A DNA stretch of 64,000 bases from an uncultured Candidatus Saccharibacteria bacterium (GCA_964621395.1 CAZULS010000001.1:615-64614); one strand, 5' to 3'. Positions 30,448-39,656 are shown, counted from the first letter of the stretch. The notes: generated by a model from the letters alone, not told the origin. Made by a program: numbers and translations.

Positions 30448-30531
30448 GCGCGAGTGGCGAAACAGTAGACGCGCTAGCTTGAGGGGCTAGTGTCCATTGC
30501 GGACGTGGAGGTGCGAATCCTCTCTCGCGCA
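30448..30531 (+). tRNA. tRNA-Leu(GAG)
   Basis: Anticodon arm CTAGC-TTGAGGG-GCTAG; long variable arm. Confidence 0.9.
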
Positions 30532-30634
30532 CCGTAAATAAGGAAGCGGGCGGCAACCAACGGTTGCCACCCGCTTCCTTGCTTCTTCCGCCGTAATTCT
30601 TTATTCTTAACTCGTTATTCGTTATTCAATTATT

Positions 30635-30716
30635 GCCCGGGTGGTGAAATTGGTAGACACGTACGCTTCAGGTGCGTATGCCGAAAGGTGTGGAGGTTCG
30701 AGTCCTCTCCCGGGCA
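30635..30716 (+). tRNA. tRNA-Leu(CAG)
   Basis: Anticodon arm TACGC-TTCAGGT-GCGTA; long variable arm; GGTTCGAGTCC. Confidence 0.95.
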
Positions 30717-30763
30717 CAACCTAATAAAAAGCCCGTAATAACCACATGATTACGGGCTGTTTC

Positions 30764-31177
30764 TTATTTTGTTGCGACAAATACAAGTTGATGCTTCGCA
30801 AGAACTTTCCCTTCATTCTCAAATACGACATCTGTAAGGCCTTTCATGCGAAGACTATCTTCACGTAAAATTATTACCTCGACAAACAAATCAACTTCGT
30901 GGTTCATGGGGATTTCCTTGAAATAACACCCAGAATTGGAAACAACTCTCATATTTGAAAAAAGAAGTCCTCTTTTCGCTGCTGTGTGTGCCATGTTCCA
31001 AATAGCAAACTCTTGATGGGTCATGTTTACATGATCACGATCCACAAGAGACTGGTCAACTTCTGGATTAAAAAGCACTTTACCTCTAAACGTAAAGCCA
31101 CTTAATGATGTCTTTTTAAACTCGCCCGACTGTAAATAGTGTGGACGCGGCGTTCCATGTAAAATTATTTTCTTCAT
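30764..31177 (-). CDS. Hypothetical protein, possible hotdog fold
   Basis: 137 aa; beta-helix-beta pattern ending in alternating strands; fold call is tentative. Confidence 0.5.
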   Translation of the reverse strand: MKKIILHGTPRPHYLQSGEFKKTSLSGFTFRGKVLFNPEVDQSLVDRDHVNMTHQEFAIWNMAHTAAKRGLLFSNMRVVSNSGCYFKEIPMNHEVDLFVEVIILREDSLRMKGLTDVVFENEGKVLAKHQLVFVATK

Positions 31178-31330
31178 TTTACTTCCCCTTTTTGTTAATC
31201 AAAGTATCACGATCCAATACCATCGTAAAAAACAAAAGTGAGTGTATAAACTGTCTTGGATAAAAATTCTCCTTCAAAACGTCATTTCATTGACAACAAT
31301 ACATATTTAAGTATAAAATGACGACATTAT

Positions 31331-32119
31331 ATGTCGTCGAAAAAATCTCTACAAGAAGAGCTTGGGGAAATCGGATTGACCAAACAAGAATCAATCATAT
31401 ATTTATCTTGCCTGCATAATCCCAAAACAACGCCTTCTAAGCTCTCAAAAGAAACTGGTATTGCACGGACCAGCATATATCCGATTATTCAAAAATTGTT
31501 GGATAAACACTTTCTTTACCAAAAAACTTTTTCTAAAAAGAAATATCTGTTTCCTTACCCCCCTTCAAAAGCCCTCGACACAGCTACACACGCCGCACAG
31601 GTACAGGCAGATTGCATCGCGCGTGTCGCTGAAAGACTATCTGAAAGACTCAAAGAAAGTGAGAAACAGCTACCTCTCAGTGCAGATACAGGTGCCTCAT
31701 TCTTATATGGGAAACAGGGTGTGAGGGATTTGGTTCAAAGAGTACTCGAAGAGAAAGAAGATATTTATTGGCTGGGTCCTTCAAATATTTTTCTTGATCT
31801 CAATAAAGAACAGCAAAGAGAGTTGTTCCAGCGTTTATCCGTAAAACGTATGGACGAAAACACCACAGCATTTGCAATAACAGACAATAATTTTATGACA
31901 AGCTCTTATTTCCATGGAGGATCAGAGACCTTCAGGCAGCTTCGTATTGTAACAATCCCTCAAGAAATCACCTCCATGGTATTTGCCACGGGAGATTTGT
32001 GCGGTTTAGTGAAATCGCTTGGCAATAAATCGGAAGTGCTTATTCTTAGAAATAGGGAATATGCCCATATCATGCGATTTGCATTACACACTTTGTGGCA
32101 ACATCTGAAAGAAGTATAA
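31331..32119 (+). CDS. TrmB-family transcriptional regulator
   Basis: LGEIGLTKQESIIY...LSKETGIARTSIY..IQKL winged HTH. Confidence 0.85.
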   Translation: MSSKKSLQEELGEIGLTKQESIIYLSCLHNPKTTPSKLSKETGIARTSIYPIIQKLLDKHFLYQKTFSKKKYLFPYPPSKALDTATHAAQVQADCIARVAERLSERLKESEKQLPLSADTGASFLYGKQGVRDLVQRVLEEKEDIYWLGPSNIFLDLNKEQQRELFQRLSVKRMDENTTAFAITDNNFMTSSYFHGGSETFRQLRIVTIPQEITSMVFATGDLCGLVKSLGNKSEVLILRNREYAHIMRFALHTLWQHLKEV

Positions 32120-32258
32120 AAAAACACCGCGCGCGAGCGCGGTGTTTTTGGTTGCGTATTATTTAGTCCTTTTTCTCTTCTTCTTCAGAAGCTTCTTCCA
32201 TATTTTCACTTCTCCGTTCTTGCATAGAAGGGAGGAAGAGGTATAATGAAAAATAAGC

Positions 32259-32534
32259 ATGAATCCGGACGAATCACCAAACATAACATTCGAGAGCGAA
32301 GATCATCAACAGCCGGTCCACTCAACCCAACCGCAGACACCCAAAATTGTGCGGCGGGTTATTAAATATTCTGGCGGATATGTGAAGAACGAGAAGCAGG
32401 CGACGTATATCCTTATTGGGTTTGTGGTGGTAGCAATTATTGTTACTTTTCTTTTTGTAAATGCAAGCAGAGATACTAGTTACACTGTGCGCCAACAAGA
32501 ACAAGCACCGACAGGATGGTCTTCGCAACAATGA
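32259..32534 (+). CDS. Small membrane protein
   Basis: VIKYSGGYVKNEKQATYIL followed by a TM segment. Confidence 0.7.
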   Translation: MNPDESPNITFESEDHQQPVHSTQPQTPKIVRRVIKYSGGYVKNEKQATYILIGFVVVAIIVTFLFVNASRDTSYTVRQQEQAPTGWSSQQ

Positions 32535-32536
32535 TT

Positions 32537-33028
32537 ATGAGTAATAAGTTTTCAACAAGCGGAGGATTCACTCTGATAGAACTTTTGGTTGTTATCGCGA
32601 TCATCGGTGTTCTATCATCAGCTGTACTTGCTAGTCTAAACTCTGCCAGGCTAAAGGCAAACGATGCTCGGCGCATTTCTGATTTGCACCAGATTCAAAC
32701 GGCGCTTGAGCTATATTACGACTCGAGCAACAGTTATCCGAGCGGAAGTTTTGATTCACGTGTCGGTGGTGAGTGGACGACTTTTTCCGGTTATCTTTCG
32801 CCTGCATATATGCCGACGGTACCAGTTGACCCGAGAAACGGATCTGGCGAAGGAGCCATGTGCGGAAACTGCGGCGAATATTATTACAGTTCTACAGATG
32901 GGCAGAAATACGTAATTTCTACATATTTAGCTATTGATGGCTCTCTTACCACAAACTCAAATCAATACGGTCCATATCATTCAGTAACTTCTGGGTGTAC
33001 CCCATCGACATTTTGGGCTTGCGATTAA
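32537..33028 (+). CDS. Type IV pilin-like protein
   Basis: GFTLIELLVVIAIIGVLS prepilin motif; ARxKAxDARRxxD; YP; DP. Confidence 0.92.
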   Translation: MSNKFSTSGGFTLIELLVVIAIIGVLSSAVLASLNSARLKANDARRISDLHQIQTALELYYDSSNSYPSGSFDSRVGGEWTTFSGYLSPAYMPTVPVDPRNGSGEGAMCGNCGEYYYSSTDGQKYVISTYLAIDGSLTTNSNQYGPYHSVTSGCTPSTFWACD

Positions 33029-33105
33029 AATATCTTTGAAAAAGAAATAGGTCAGCGCTGCAGTAAAAAACACCGCGCGTGAGCGCGATGTTTTCTATGT
33101 ATGTA

Positions 33106-33834
33106 TTATTTTTCTTTTTTATCTTCTTCCTTGACCGACGCATCTTCAGATGCGTTTAGGTCGGCAGGAGTTCCTTCAACCTTCTCTTCCGTTTCGGTAG
33201 AAGCCTCTTCTGCTTTTTCTTCAACAGCTTCTTCAGCTTGAGACGTTTCTTCCTTTGGCTCTTCCGAAGCCGGAGCAGCTTCCGTATTTTCTACCACTTC
33301 GTTTGTTTCCGTTGCTTCAGTTGCAACCTCTTCATTTTCTACTTTCGGTTCTTCCGTGACCGACACATCTTCTGATGTGTTTAGGTCAATCACCTCTTCA
33401 ACCTCTTCCTCTTTGGCCGACTCCGCTTCAGCGGAGTTTAGGTTCTTTGTGAGGTCAGGCAATGCAATACCGAAGAGATTCTTGACCTTGCGGCGAATCT
33501 CCTTCGCGGTCTTCTCGCGGATGAAGTAGAGCTTTGCGCGACGCGCCTTCGAACGGCGCACAAGTTCGATTTTGTCGATATTCGGCGAATACAGCGGAAA
33601 TGTTCGCTCTACACCCACACCGCTTGCAATCTTGCGCACGGTGAATGTCGCACCCGGCTCGGATCCGTGCTTGCGGGAAATCACCAATCCTTCAAATGCC
33701 TGAAGACGGGTCTTCCCCTTTTCCTCCACCTTGGAATATACACGCACTGTGTCTCCGGGGCGAATATCCATACCCTTGCGATGCGATACATCAGCCGGGG
33801 AAAGCGCAATCGTTGTCTTGTCGATCATGTTCAT
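33106..33834 (-). CDS. rplS: 50S ribosomal protein L19 with a long acidic C-terminal extension
   Basis: [45 protein letters not shown]. Confidence 0.97.
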   Translation of the reverse strand: MNMIDKTTIALSPADVSHRKGMDIRPGDTVRVYSKVEEKGKTRLQAFEGLVISRKHGSEPGATFTVRKIASGVGVERTFPLYSPNIDKIELVRRSKARRAKLYFIREKTAKEIRRKVKNLFGIALPDLTKNLNSAEAESAKEEEVEEVIDLNTSEDVSVTEEPKVENEEVATEATETNEVVENTEAAPASEEPKEETSQAEEAVEEKAEEASTETEEKVEGTPADLNASEDASVKEEDKKEK

Positions 33835-33856
33835 ATTAGTTATAGTGGCTCAGATG

Positions 33857-34621
33857 TTAGCACAATTCGTCAAAGCGAGCAAGCGCCTGCACAAAATCCT
33901 CGGGAAATGCCGCCTCATATGATGCCTCCTCCCCTCCCGGCAAGCGCAAGTGAATACGGTACGCATGCAACGCGCTCCGAGAAAAGCCAAGCACCGGATC
34001 ACTCTCGCCCGTAATCCTATCGGTTGCGTATGTCATATCTTGGACGATTGGATGCCGAATGCCTCCGAGATGCACACGGATTTGATGCGTTCGTCCTGTA
34101 TGCGGGAAAAGCGCAAGGTACGAATACCCGTTTTTTTCTCCCAACACGGTATAATCGGTACGCGCCTCGCGAAGCTCCCCGCGAGCTTCAGCCCCGGCAG
34201 CACGCTTTGTCATACTTCCGCCGCTTCTGCCAATCGGCGCATCAAGAACACCGCGCTTTTTGGCAAAACTTCCATAGGCAAACGCACGGTATTCCTTCCG
34301 AATCTTTTTATCTTGAAACTGGCGCTTCAAATACAAATACATCGGTTGCGTTTTAGCGATAAGAATCACACCGGACGTGTCGCGATCAAGGCGATGCACA
34401 ATGCCCGGACGCGGCAACACCTCTCCTTCGGGTGTGCGCATTTCCTCACCCACGTCCGCACACGCCGGACACTTCTCAAGAATCCAGTCGGCAAGGGTTG
34501 GTTCGCCATTCCTTCCATCAGCATGCGTTAACAGCCTGGACGGTTTATCCACCACCAGAAGTTCGTCGGATTCAAAAAGGATACCGGGATTACTTCCCTC
34601 TGTTTTGTTGCCGCTTTCCAT
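33857..34621 (-). CDS. RluA-family pseudouridine synthase
   Basis: VVDKP, GIVHRLDRDTSG, TGRTHQIRVH, LHA. Confidence 0.93.
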   Translation of the reverse strand: MESGNKTEGSNPGILFESDELLVVDKPSRLLTHADGRNGEPTLADWILEKCPACADVGEEMRTPEGEVLPRPGIVHRLDRDTSGVILIAKTQPMYLYLKRQFQDKKIRKEYRAFAYGSFAKKRGVLDAPIGRSGGSMTKRAAGAEARGELREARTDYTVLGEKNGYSYLALFPHTGRTHQIRVHLGGIRHPIVQDMTYATDRITGESDPVLGFSRSALHAYRIHLRLPGGEEASYEAAFPEDFVQALARFDELC

Positions 34622-35273
34622 ATGCGTGGAGAATATCATCAAACTCTTCTTTGGTAAACGCAGGCCAATACGTATCAATAAAAAAGAGCTCACTATACGC
34701 ACTTTGCCACAGAAGAAAATTTGAAAGACGCTTTTGTCCGCCAGTGCGGATGATTAAGTCGGGATCAGGAATACCTGCCGTCCAGAGCTTTTCTCCAAAC
34801 GTCTCCTCGGTGAGTGCCCCTCTTTCTTCCTCCGACATATTCTTTACCGCTTCCACAATTTCCGCCCGCCCGCCATACGAAGCAGCGACCACAAGCGTTA
34901 GCTCCGCTTCATCGGTGTCAGTCTCGCGTTCCATGTATGCAAACTTTTCACGAAGTGTATCCGAGAGACGATTTCGCTGTCCAATCACTTGCACACGCAC
35001 TTTCTCTTTCTTTGCCACGTGTGTATACACTCGAGTAAATTCGAGTGCGACTTCCTTGAGATCCGACACCTCTTCTTCCGAACGTCTCCAGTTTTCCGTC
35101 GAAAACGCATAGACAATGAGATATTGCACGCCGGCGTCTTTTGCCCATGCTACGCAATCAAGGAGTTTTTTCATCCCCTCTCGGTGTCCCTCATGAACAG
35201 ACATATTCCGTTCTCTCGCCCACCGACGATTCCCATCCATCATAATGCCGATTGTTTTAGGGGTAGTATCCAT
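34590..35273 (-). CDS. uppS: Polyprenyl diphosphate synthase
   Basis: IMMDGNRRWA, YAFSTENW, IIRTGG..RLSNFL. Confidence 0.96.
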   Translation of the reverse strand: MDTTPKTIGIMMDGNRRWARERNMSVHEGHREGMKKLLDCVAWAKDAGVQYLIVYAFSTENWRRSEEEVSDLKEVALEFTRVYTHVAKKEKVRVQVIGQRNRLSDTLREKFAYMERETDTDEAELTLVVAASYGGRAEIVEAVKNMSEEERGALTEETFGEKLWTAGIPDPDLIIRTGGQKRLSNFLLWQSAYSELFFIDTYWPAFTKEEFDDILHAYGKRQQNRGK

Positions 35274-35404
35274 AAAAATTCACTTGCTGTCATCCCGCAC
35301 TCGACCCTACACCGCAAGCGGTCGGACACAATGCGGGATCTATAGGTTAATACAACCATTCGCTTCTGCTTGGATTCCGGGTCAAGCCCGGAATAACAAA
35401 ATTA

Positions 35405-35719
35405 TTACACCACACTTTTTCCGTTCTCAAGAGGACGGTCCTTTCGGAGCATAATTCGAAAATCGCCCAGGGCACCCTCCGCATCATGTTCCATATACGA
35501 CACATCTTCCACATTCGCCCATGGCGGACCTTTTTGCATATCCTTAAGAAGGATGGCGAACTTGTTCTTCTCCCCTTCTGCAATAAAGCCGACTGTGCCG
35601 TCGGCATTGTTCCACACACGCCCGACAATACCATATTTGGAAGCTTTTCGTCGGACAAAATCTCGAAACATCACGCCCTGTACCTTCCCCAACACAATTC
35701 CTTCATATCGCTTTCGCAT
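35405..35719 (-). CDS. acyP: Acylphosphatase
   Basis: GKVQGVMFR, GxVxNxxDGTV, GPP. Confidence 0.9.
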   Translation of the reverse strand: MRKRYEGIVLGKVQGVMFRDFVRRKASKYGIVGRVWNNADGTVGFIAEGEKNKFAILLKDMQKGPPWANVEDVSYMEHDAEGALGDFRIMLRKDRPLENGKSVV

Positions 35720-35823
35720 TGCACAATCATAGCATAGTTAGCTTATAGCTTATAGCTTTTGGCTTATAGGAAATTCAAAATTATTGCAAAAAAGAAGGAT
35801 ATGCTGTATAGTATTTCTCACGC

Positions 35824-35897
35824 GGGCGATTAGCTCAGTTGGCTAGAGCAATCCGTTTACACCGGAAAGGTCGGGGGTTCAAGTCCCTCATCGCCCA
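35824..35897 (+). tRNA. tRNA-Val(TAC)
   Basis: GGGCGAT acceptor; anticodon loop TTTACAC; GGTTCAAGTCC. Confidence 0.93.
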
Positions 35898-36310
35898 CAA
35901 ATACACGAGCGCGGAGCATGACTCCGCGCTCGTTTTGTATTTGTGTGGCGATGAGGGACTTGAAGAGAGCTGTGCGCGAAGCCCGACAAGATTTATCTTG
36001 TCGGAGCACGGCGACGGGGTCGCGAGTTCTTAGTAAATTGCGAATACTTGGAGCAATATACTTAGAACTGGTGACCAAGTCCCTCATCAAAAAAATCCCG
36101 AAGCATGCCTTCGGGACCTTTGATTTTGTAGGACGATGAGGGACTTGAAAGCCGCAGGCCGCGAAGCCGATTCCGACTTTCGGAGGAATCGAGGCCGAGG
36201 CGGGGTGAGAAAGCGAATGCCTGGAACTTTCGCAAGGTCTTTTGAGATATATTGAAAGGCTTTGCTTGAACAATATATCCAAAAGGTGTACTGCTCCTGT
36301 AAGGAGGCAA
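35898..36310. repeat. tRNA-Val 3'-half repeat array with structured spacers
   Basis: Inverted copy 35937-35964, direct copy 36076-36088, inverted copy 36134-36149. Confidence 0.85.
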
Positions 36311-36431
36311 CACTTTGCGGATTATGAGCTTTAGCGAAATAATACGCTTAGTGATTCGTGATCGAGTCCATTACACTTACCTTCAATTTCCCCATGTATG
36401 GTATCTGAAAAATTTTTGATATAATTGTGGT

Positions 36432-37271
36432 ATGAGTGGGACAAACGTAAAAAAAGCAAACAACCCTCACAACTTGCCACTGGATAGTGTTTTGTTAGGT
36501 GACAATGTCGAAGTACTTAAAACGCTTCCTGATAATTCTATTGATCTCGTGGTTACAAGTCCGCCATATGATTCTGTACGTGATTACAAAGGGAAGCCAG
36601 AATTTGATCTGCACGCAACAGGTGAACAAATAGCCCGTGTGCTCAAGGAAGGAGGTGTTGCAGTGATGGTGATTCAAGATCAAACTAAGGACTTTGCAAA
36701 AAGTTTGACCTCATTTCGTACTATTGTTGACTGGGTGGACAATATCGGCTTACGGCTGTTTGAAACAGTAATCTATAGAAAACATGGCACTGAAGGCGCG
36801 TGGTGGAAGTATAGATTTCGCGTTGACCATGAATACATGCCAATTTTCCTCAAAGGAGCACGTCCACAATATTTCGACAAGGAACCACTAAAGATTCCAT
36901 CGAAACATGGTGGGAAGGTAATGACAGGGAGTGGAAACCGAAAAACTGATGGTTCAACAACAAAAACAGTCACGCGTCCTATCAATCCAATGAAGTGCAG
37001 GGGCACAGTATGGGATTATCTAATGGCAGGCGACAAAGACCCGCTCAAACGAAAACATCCAGCCGTTTTCCCAGACCAGATTCCCTTTGACATGATCCAA
37101 TGCTTCTGCCCCCCAGACGGCGTGGTACTAGATCCATTTGGAGGTTGCGGATCTACAGCAGTCGCCGCAAAACAGCTCGGCAGGAACTACATCGTAATAG
37201 ATGTAGCAGAAGAATATTGCAAACTGGCAGAACAAAGAATTTCCACTGTCCCAATACCTTTGTTTAGTTAA
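36432..37271 (+). CDS. N4/N6 DNA methyltransferase (beta class)
   Basis: TSPPY motif IV precedes HPAVFP and VLDPFGGCGST motif I. Confidence 0.93.
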   Translation: MSGTNVKKANNPHNLPLDSVLLGDNVEVLKTLPDNSIDLVVTSPPYDSVRDYKGKPEFDLHATGEQIARVLKEGGVAVMVIQDQTKDFAKSLTSFRTIVDWVDNIGLRLFETVIYRKHGTEGAWWKYRFRVDHEYMPIFLKGARPQYFDKEPLKIPSKHGGKVMTGSGNRKTDGSTTKTVTRPINPMKCRGTVWDYLMAGDKDPLKRKHPAVFPDQIPFDMIQCFCPPDGVVLDPFGGCGSTAVAAKQLGRNYIVIDVAEEYCKLAEQRISTVPIPLFS

Positions 37272-38316
37272 ATCTGCCTGGCTCCTCAATCGTATACTCA
37301 ATGTTGGTGCCGCTTGTCATTGCCATAGATAGCGGCTCCCTGTCCATCAGAGCAGTATAGGTGCCGTTGTTAAGTGTCGTTGCCGAAAAGTCGCCCTTGG
37401 AGAAGGTCTCGAGTCGGAACCCATCCCATGTCCAATTCTCTCGAACGTAGGGTATTCCAACATGTGTACTCATACTTGAAATGAACCCTTCAATACGCTC
37501 ACGCTCATTTTCATGTAAGTCGTACGTGTGACCACGCTGTACAAGATTGATCGGCAAACCACGCGGGTTAGATAACTTGAGCTGATGTCCAGACCTTTTG
37601 TTACGTCCGCCAGATTGATACTCGGCGCCATTGTAATAACCCTTTGCATTATATGTATCACGTAGTCGTAAAAAGGTATCCAGTCCTTCCATGATTTCAT
37701 AAAAACTGTGCTCGCTGGTACAAAAATGCTGATTCAAAATGTGTGCCGGATTGTCTATTTGCAGGTACTTGATCCAGTCCAAACAATTCTCTGTATAACC
37801 AAACAAATTGTTCCATACGCCATCCGCAAAAAGAAGCGGCCAGATTGCCTGTGGTGACAAGTTTGTGACAATGCCAGCGTGATGGAGAATACCCAGATAT
37901 AGATGAATTGCCCCAAATGGATATTTCCTCTGAAAATCTTTTTTACCATCAAAGCCGCGGAAGATGTTTGGCTGGATGCAATTATCGTAATGATAGTGTT
38001 GGTGAGTGATGCGGTTATTGTAGGTAACTAAGTGATTACCTAAACTTGGCACATTTGCCCTGTTTATTTCGACATCCAAAAATATACAGTCGTTTACCGA
38101 TAAACCATCTTTAATCACCAATACCTTGCCGTCGTAGTATCCCGCAACTTTTGCTCCCAAACAATGAGTGGCGAACAATCCACACAAAAAACCATCACTA
38201 TCAGGACCAAGCACTATATTCCTATCTCGTTCTATGATCCAAGGAAAAATATCAATCACTTTCTGATAGTCAAGAATTTCTCGTCCATCTTGTGTTTGTG
38301 TGTTTACATCAAACAT
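37264..38316 (-). CDS. Hypothetical protein in the restriction-endonuclease position; DHH-like motifs
   Basis: GPDSDG, FLDVE, GNH, KYPFG; convergent with the MTase and directly downstream of the HTH gene. Confidence 0.7.
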   Translation of the reverse strand: MFDVNTQTQDGREILDYQKVIDIFPWIIERDRNIVLGPDSDGFLCGLFATHCLGAKVAGYYDGKVLVIKDGLSVNDCIFLDVEINRANVPSLGNHLVTYNNRITHQHYHYDNCIQPNIFRGFDGKKDFQRKYPFGAIHLYLGILHHAGIVTNLSPQAIWPLLFADGVWNNLFGYTENCLDWIKYLQIDNPAHILNQHFCTSEHSFYEIMEGLDTFLRLRDTYNAKGYYNGAEYQSGGRNKRSGHQLKLSNPRGLPINLVQRGHTYDLHENERERIEGFISSMSTHVGIPYVRENWTWDGFRLETFSKGDFSATTLNNGTYTALMDREPLSMAMTSGTNIEYTIEEPGRFN

Positions 38317-38317
38317 A

Positions 38318-38539
38318 CTACCGTGTGAAAAATGAAAGTTCTTTATTATATATCTTTGCAATCTCTTCAAGCTCTACAACATCAACTCTCCGTTCACCTC
38401 GTTCGATCTTTGATATGTAGGATTGAGGTCGTTTGAGTTTCTCTGACACCCCAACCTGAGTAAGTCCAGCTTCAAGACGAGCAGCTTTCAACTGCTCTAC
38501 AACCTTTTTATACTTATTAGAATACAGAGACCTGCTCAT
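38318..38539 (-). CDS. XRE-family HTH regulator (controller C-protein-like)
   Basis: LKAARLEAGLTQ..VSEKL..PQSYISKIERGERRVDVVEL. Confidence 0.9.
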   Translation of the reverse strand: MSRSLYSNKYKKVVEQLKAARLEAGLTQVGVSEKLKRPQSYISKIERGERRVDVVELEEIAKIYNKELSFFTR

Positions 38540-38554
38540 ATAACGAGTTAATGT

Positions 38555-38590
38555 TATAACCTATTGTGGAATAACCCAAAACAGGTTATG
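38555..38590 (-). promoter_or_regulatory. Putative C-box-like tandem operator
   Basis: Minus strand ATAACC-TGTTTTG-GGTTAT overlapping a degenerate second copy TATTCC-ACAATA-GGTTATA, ~15 bp upstream of the HTH start. Confidence 0.55.
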
Positions 38591-38735
38591 ACATTAATCT
38601 CACCACCACACAAAGACGTGCATTGAGCACGTCTTTGTGTGGTGGATTATTACTGTTCTCACAATTTGTTCCTAGTTCCTAGGATACTAGGAACATTCCA
38701 TTTTGGGAAGTGCCAAAATGAAACCGAGCAAAGTC

Positions 38736-38915
38736 TTATCTTTCCCAATCCTCAATCACCAATGTCTTCCCTTTCTTTTTCACGACCACCTTTTGCTTTT
38801 CACGCCAGCCGAGCTCACGGACAAATTCAATCGGGAGTGTGACGGAGATTGTCCTTCCACGCCCTGTACGGAAGAGTTTACGGATATTGCGTTTACTGAG
38901 TATGCGCCGTGCCAT
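38736..38915 (-). CDS. AbrB/MazE/SpoVT-like DNA-binding protein (59 aa)
   Basis: Manual translation MARRILSKRNIRKLFRTGRGRTISVTLPIEFVRELGWREKQKVVVKKKGKTLVIEDWER; absent from the ORF track. Confidence 0.75.
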   Translation of the reverse strand: MARRILSKRNIRKLFRTGRGRTISVTLPIEFVRELGWREKQKVVVKKKGKTLVIEDWER

Positions 38916-39013
38916 ATGTTTTAGTATACCACAGCCCTGCTCTAGAGCTAACTCTAGAGTTAGCTCTAGAGCAGGTTCGTTTTTCCCAAAATCTCTGGTA
39001 CAATACCAATGCT

Positions 39014-39655
39014 ATGGCATCCGAACAATATTTGGCGAAATCTTTTGAGGAAGATTTTATACTCAAAACACTCAATGGGAAAGAAAAAGAACATTCCCAA
39101 ACAATTCAAAACATTCTGGAAACTCGCACGATACAGCCCAATACGTACAGCTTCGGACAAGAAAAAAGACTGGCATGCACATTCCTTCACGACAATTATC
39201 TGAAAACCTACCGTGCGCAAGGATTGATTTTTCAGACTCAACAAAAACCTGATTTCATTTATCCATTTGATATTGTCCTTCTTTCCGAAGCTGAAAAAAT
39301 AGTCGTGCAGTATTATAGAATTCAGCACCAACTGCATCTTCACTATAATCACGAATTGATTCCCGGTTTTGAACGATTTATTTTTGATGACATCCCCACT
39401 CTTTTGAAGAAATACCCAACGCAAGAAACACTCCTGGAAGACATTAATCGTTTTCGCATTGAGCATGGATACGGCGTTGTCCCCAAGCAAAAACGTAAGC
39501 TCATAGAGTACAACGAGGTCATCTTTCATGATCCCGTCGAAATCACTCCTATTGCTATCTTTGGATATCGATCAGCCGCACGAAAAATCGCCCGAGAATA
39601 CGGACTCCCTCATTTCACTTCTGCAAAGAAGTTTTATGAGTCTTTGGAGGGGTAG
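39014..39655 (+). CDS. Hypothetical protein
   Basis: 213-aa ORF with YNE near the C-terminus. The upstream ORF-track extension lies in a family B palindrome. Confidence 0.65.
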   Translation: MASEQYLAKSFEEDFILKTLNGKEKEHSQTIQNILETRTIQPNTYSFGQEKRLACTFLHDNYLKTYRAQGLIFQTQQKPDFIYPFDIVLLSEAEKIVVQYYRIQHQLHLHYNHELIPGFERFIFDDIPTLLKKYPTQETLLEDINRFRIEHGYGVVPKQKRKLIEYNEVIFHDPVEITPIAIFGYRSAARKIAREYGLPHFTSAKKFYESLEG

Positions 39656-39656
39656 G

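Noticed and set aside
35857-36282. Paralogous ORFs 35857..36282 and 47837..48367 (MDILF...), also 20688 and 28913
   Set aside because: Their similarity comes from shared non-coding repeats. They overlap tRNAs or MITEs and diverge in frame.
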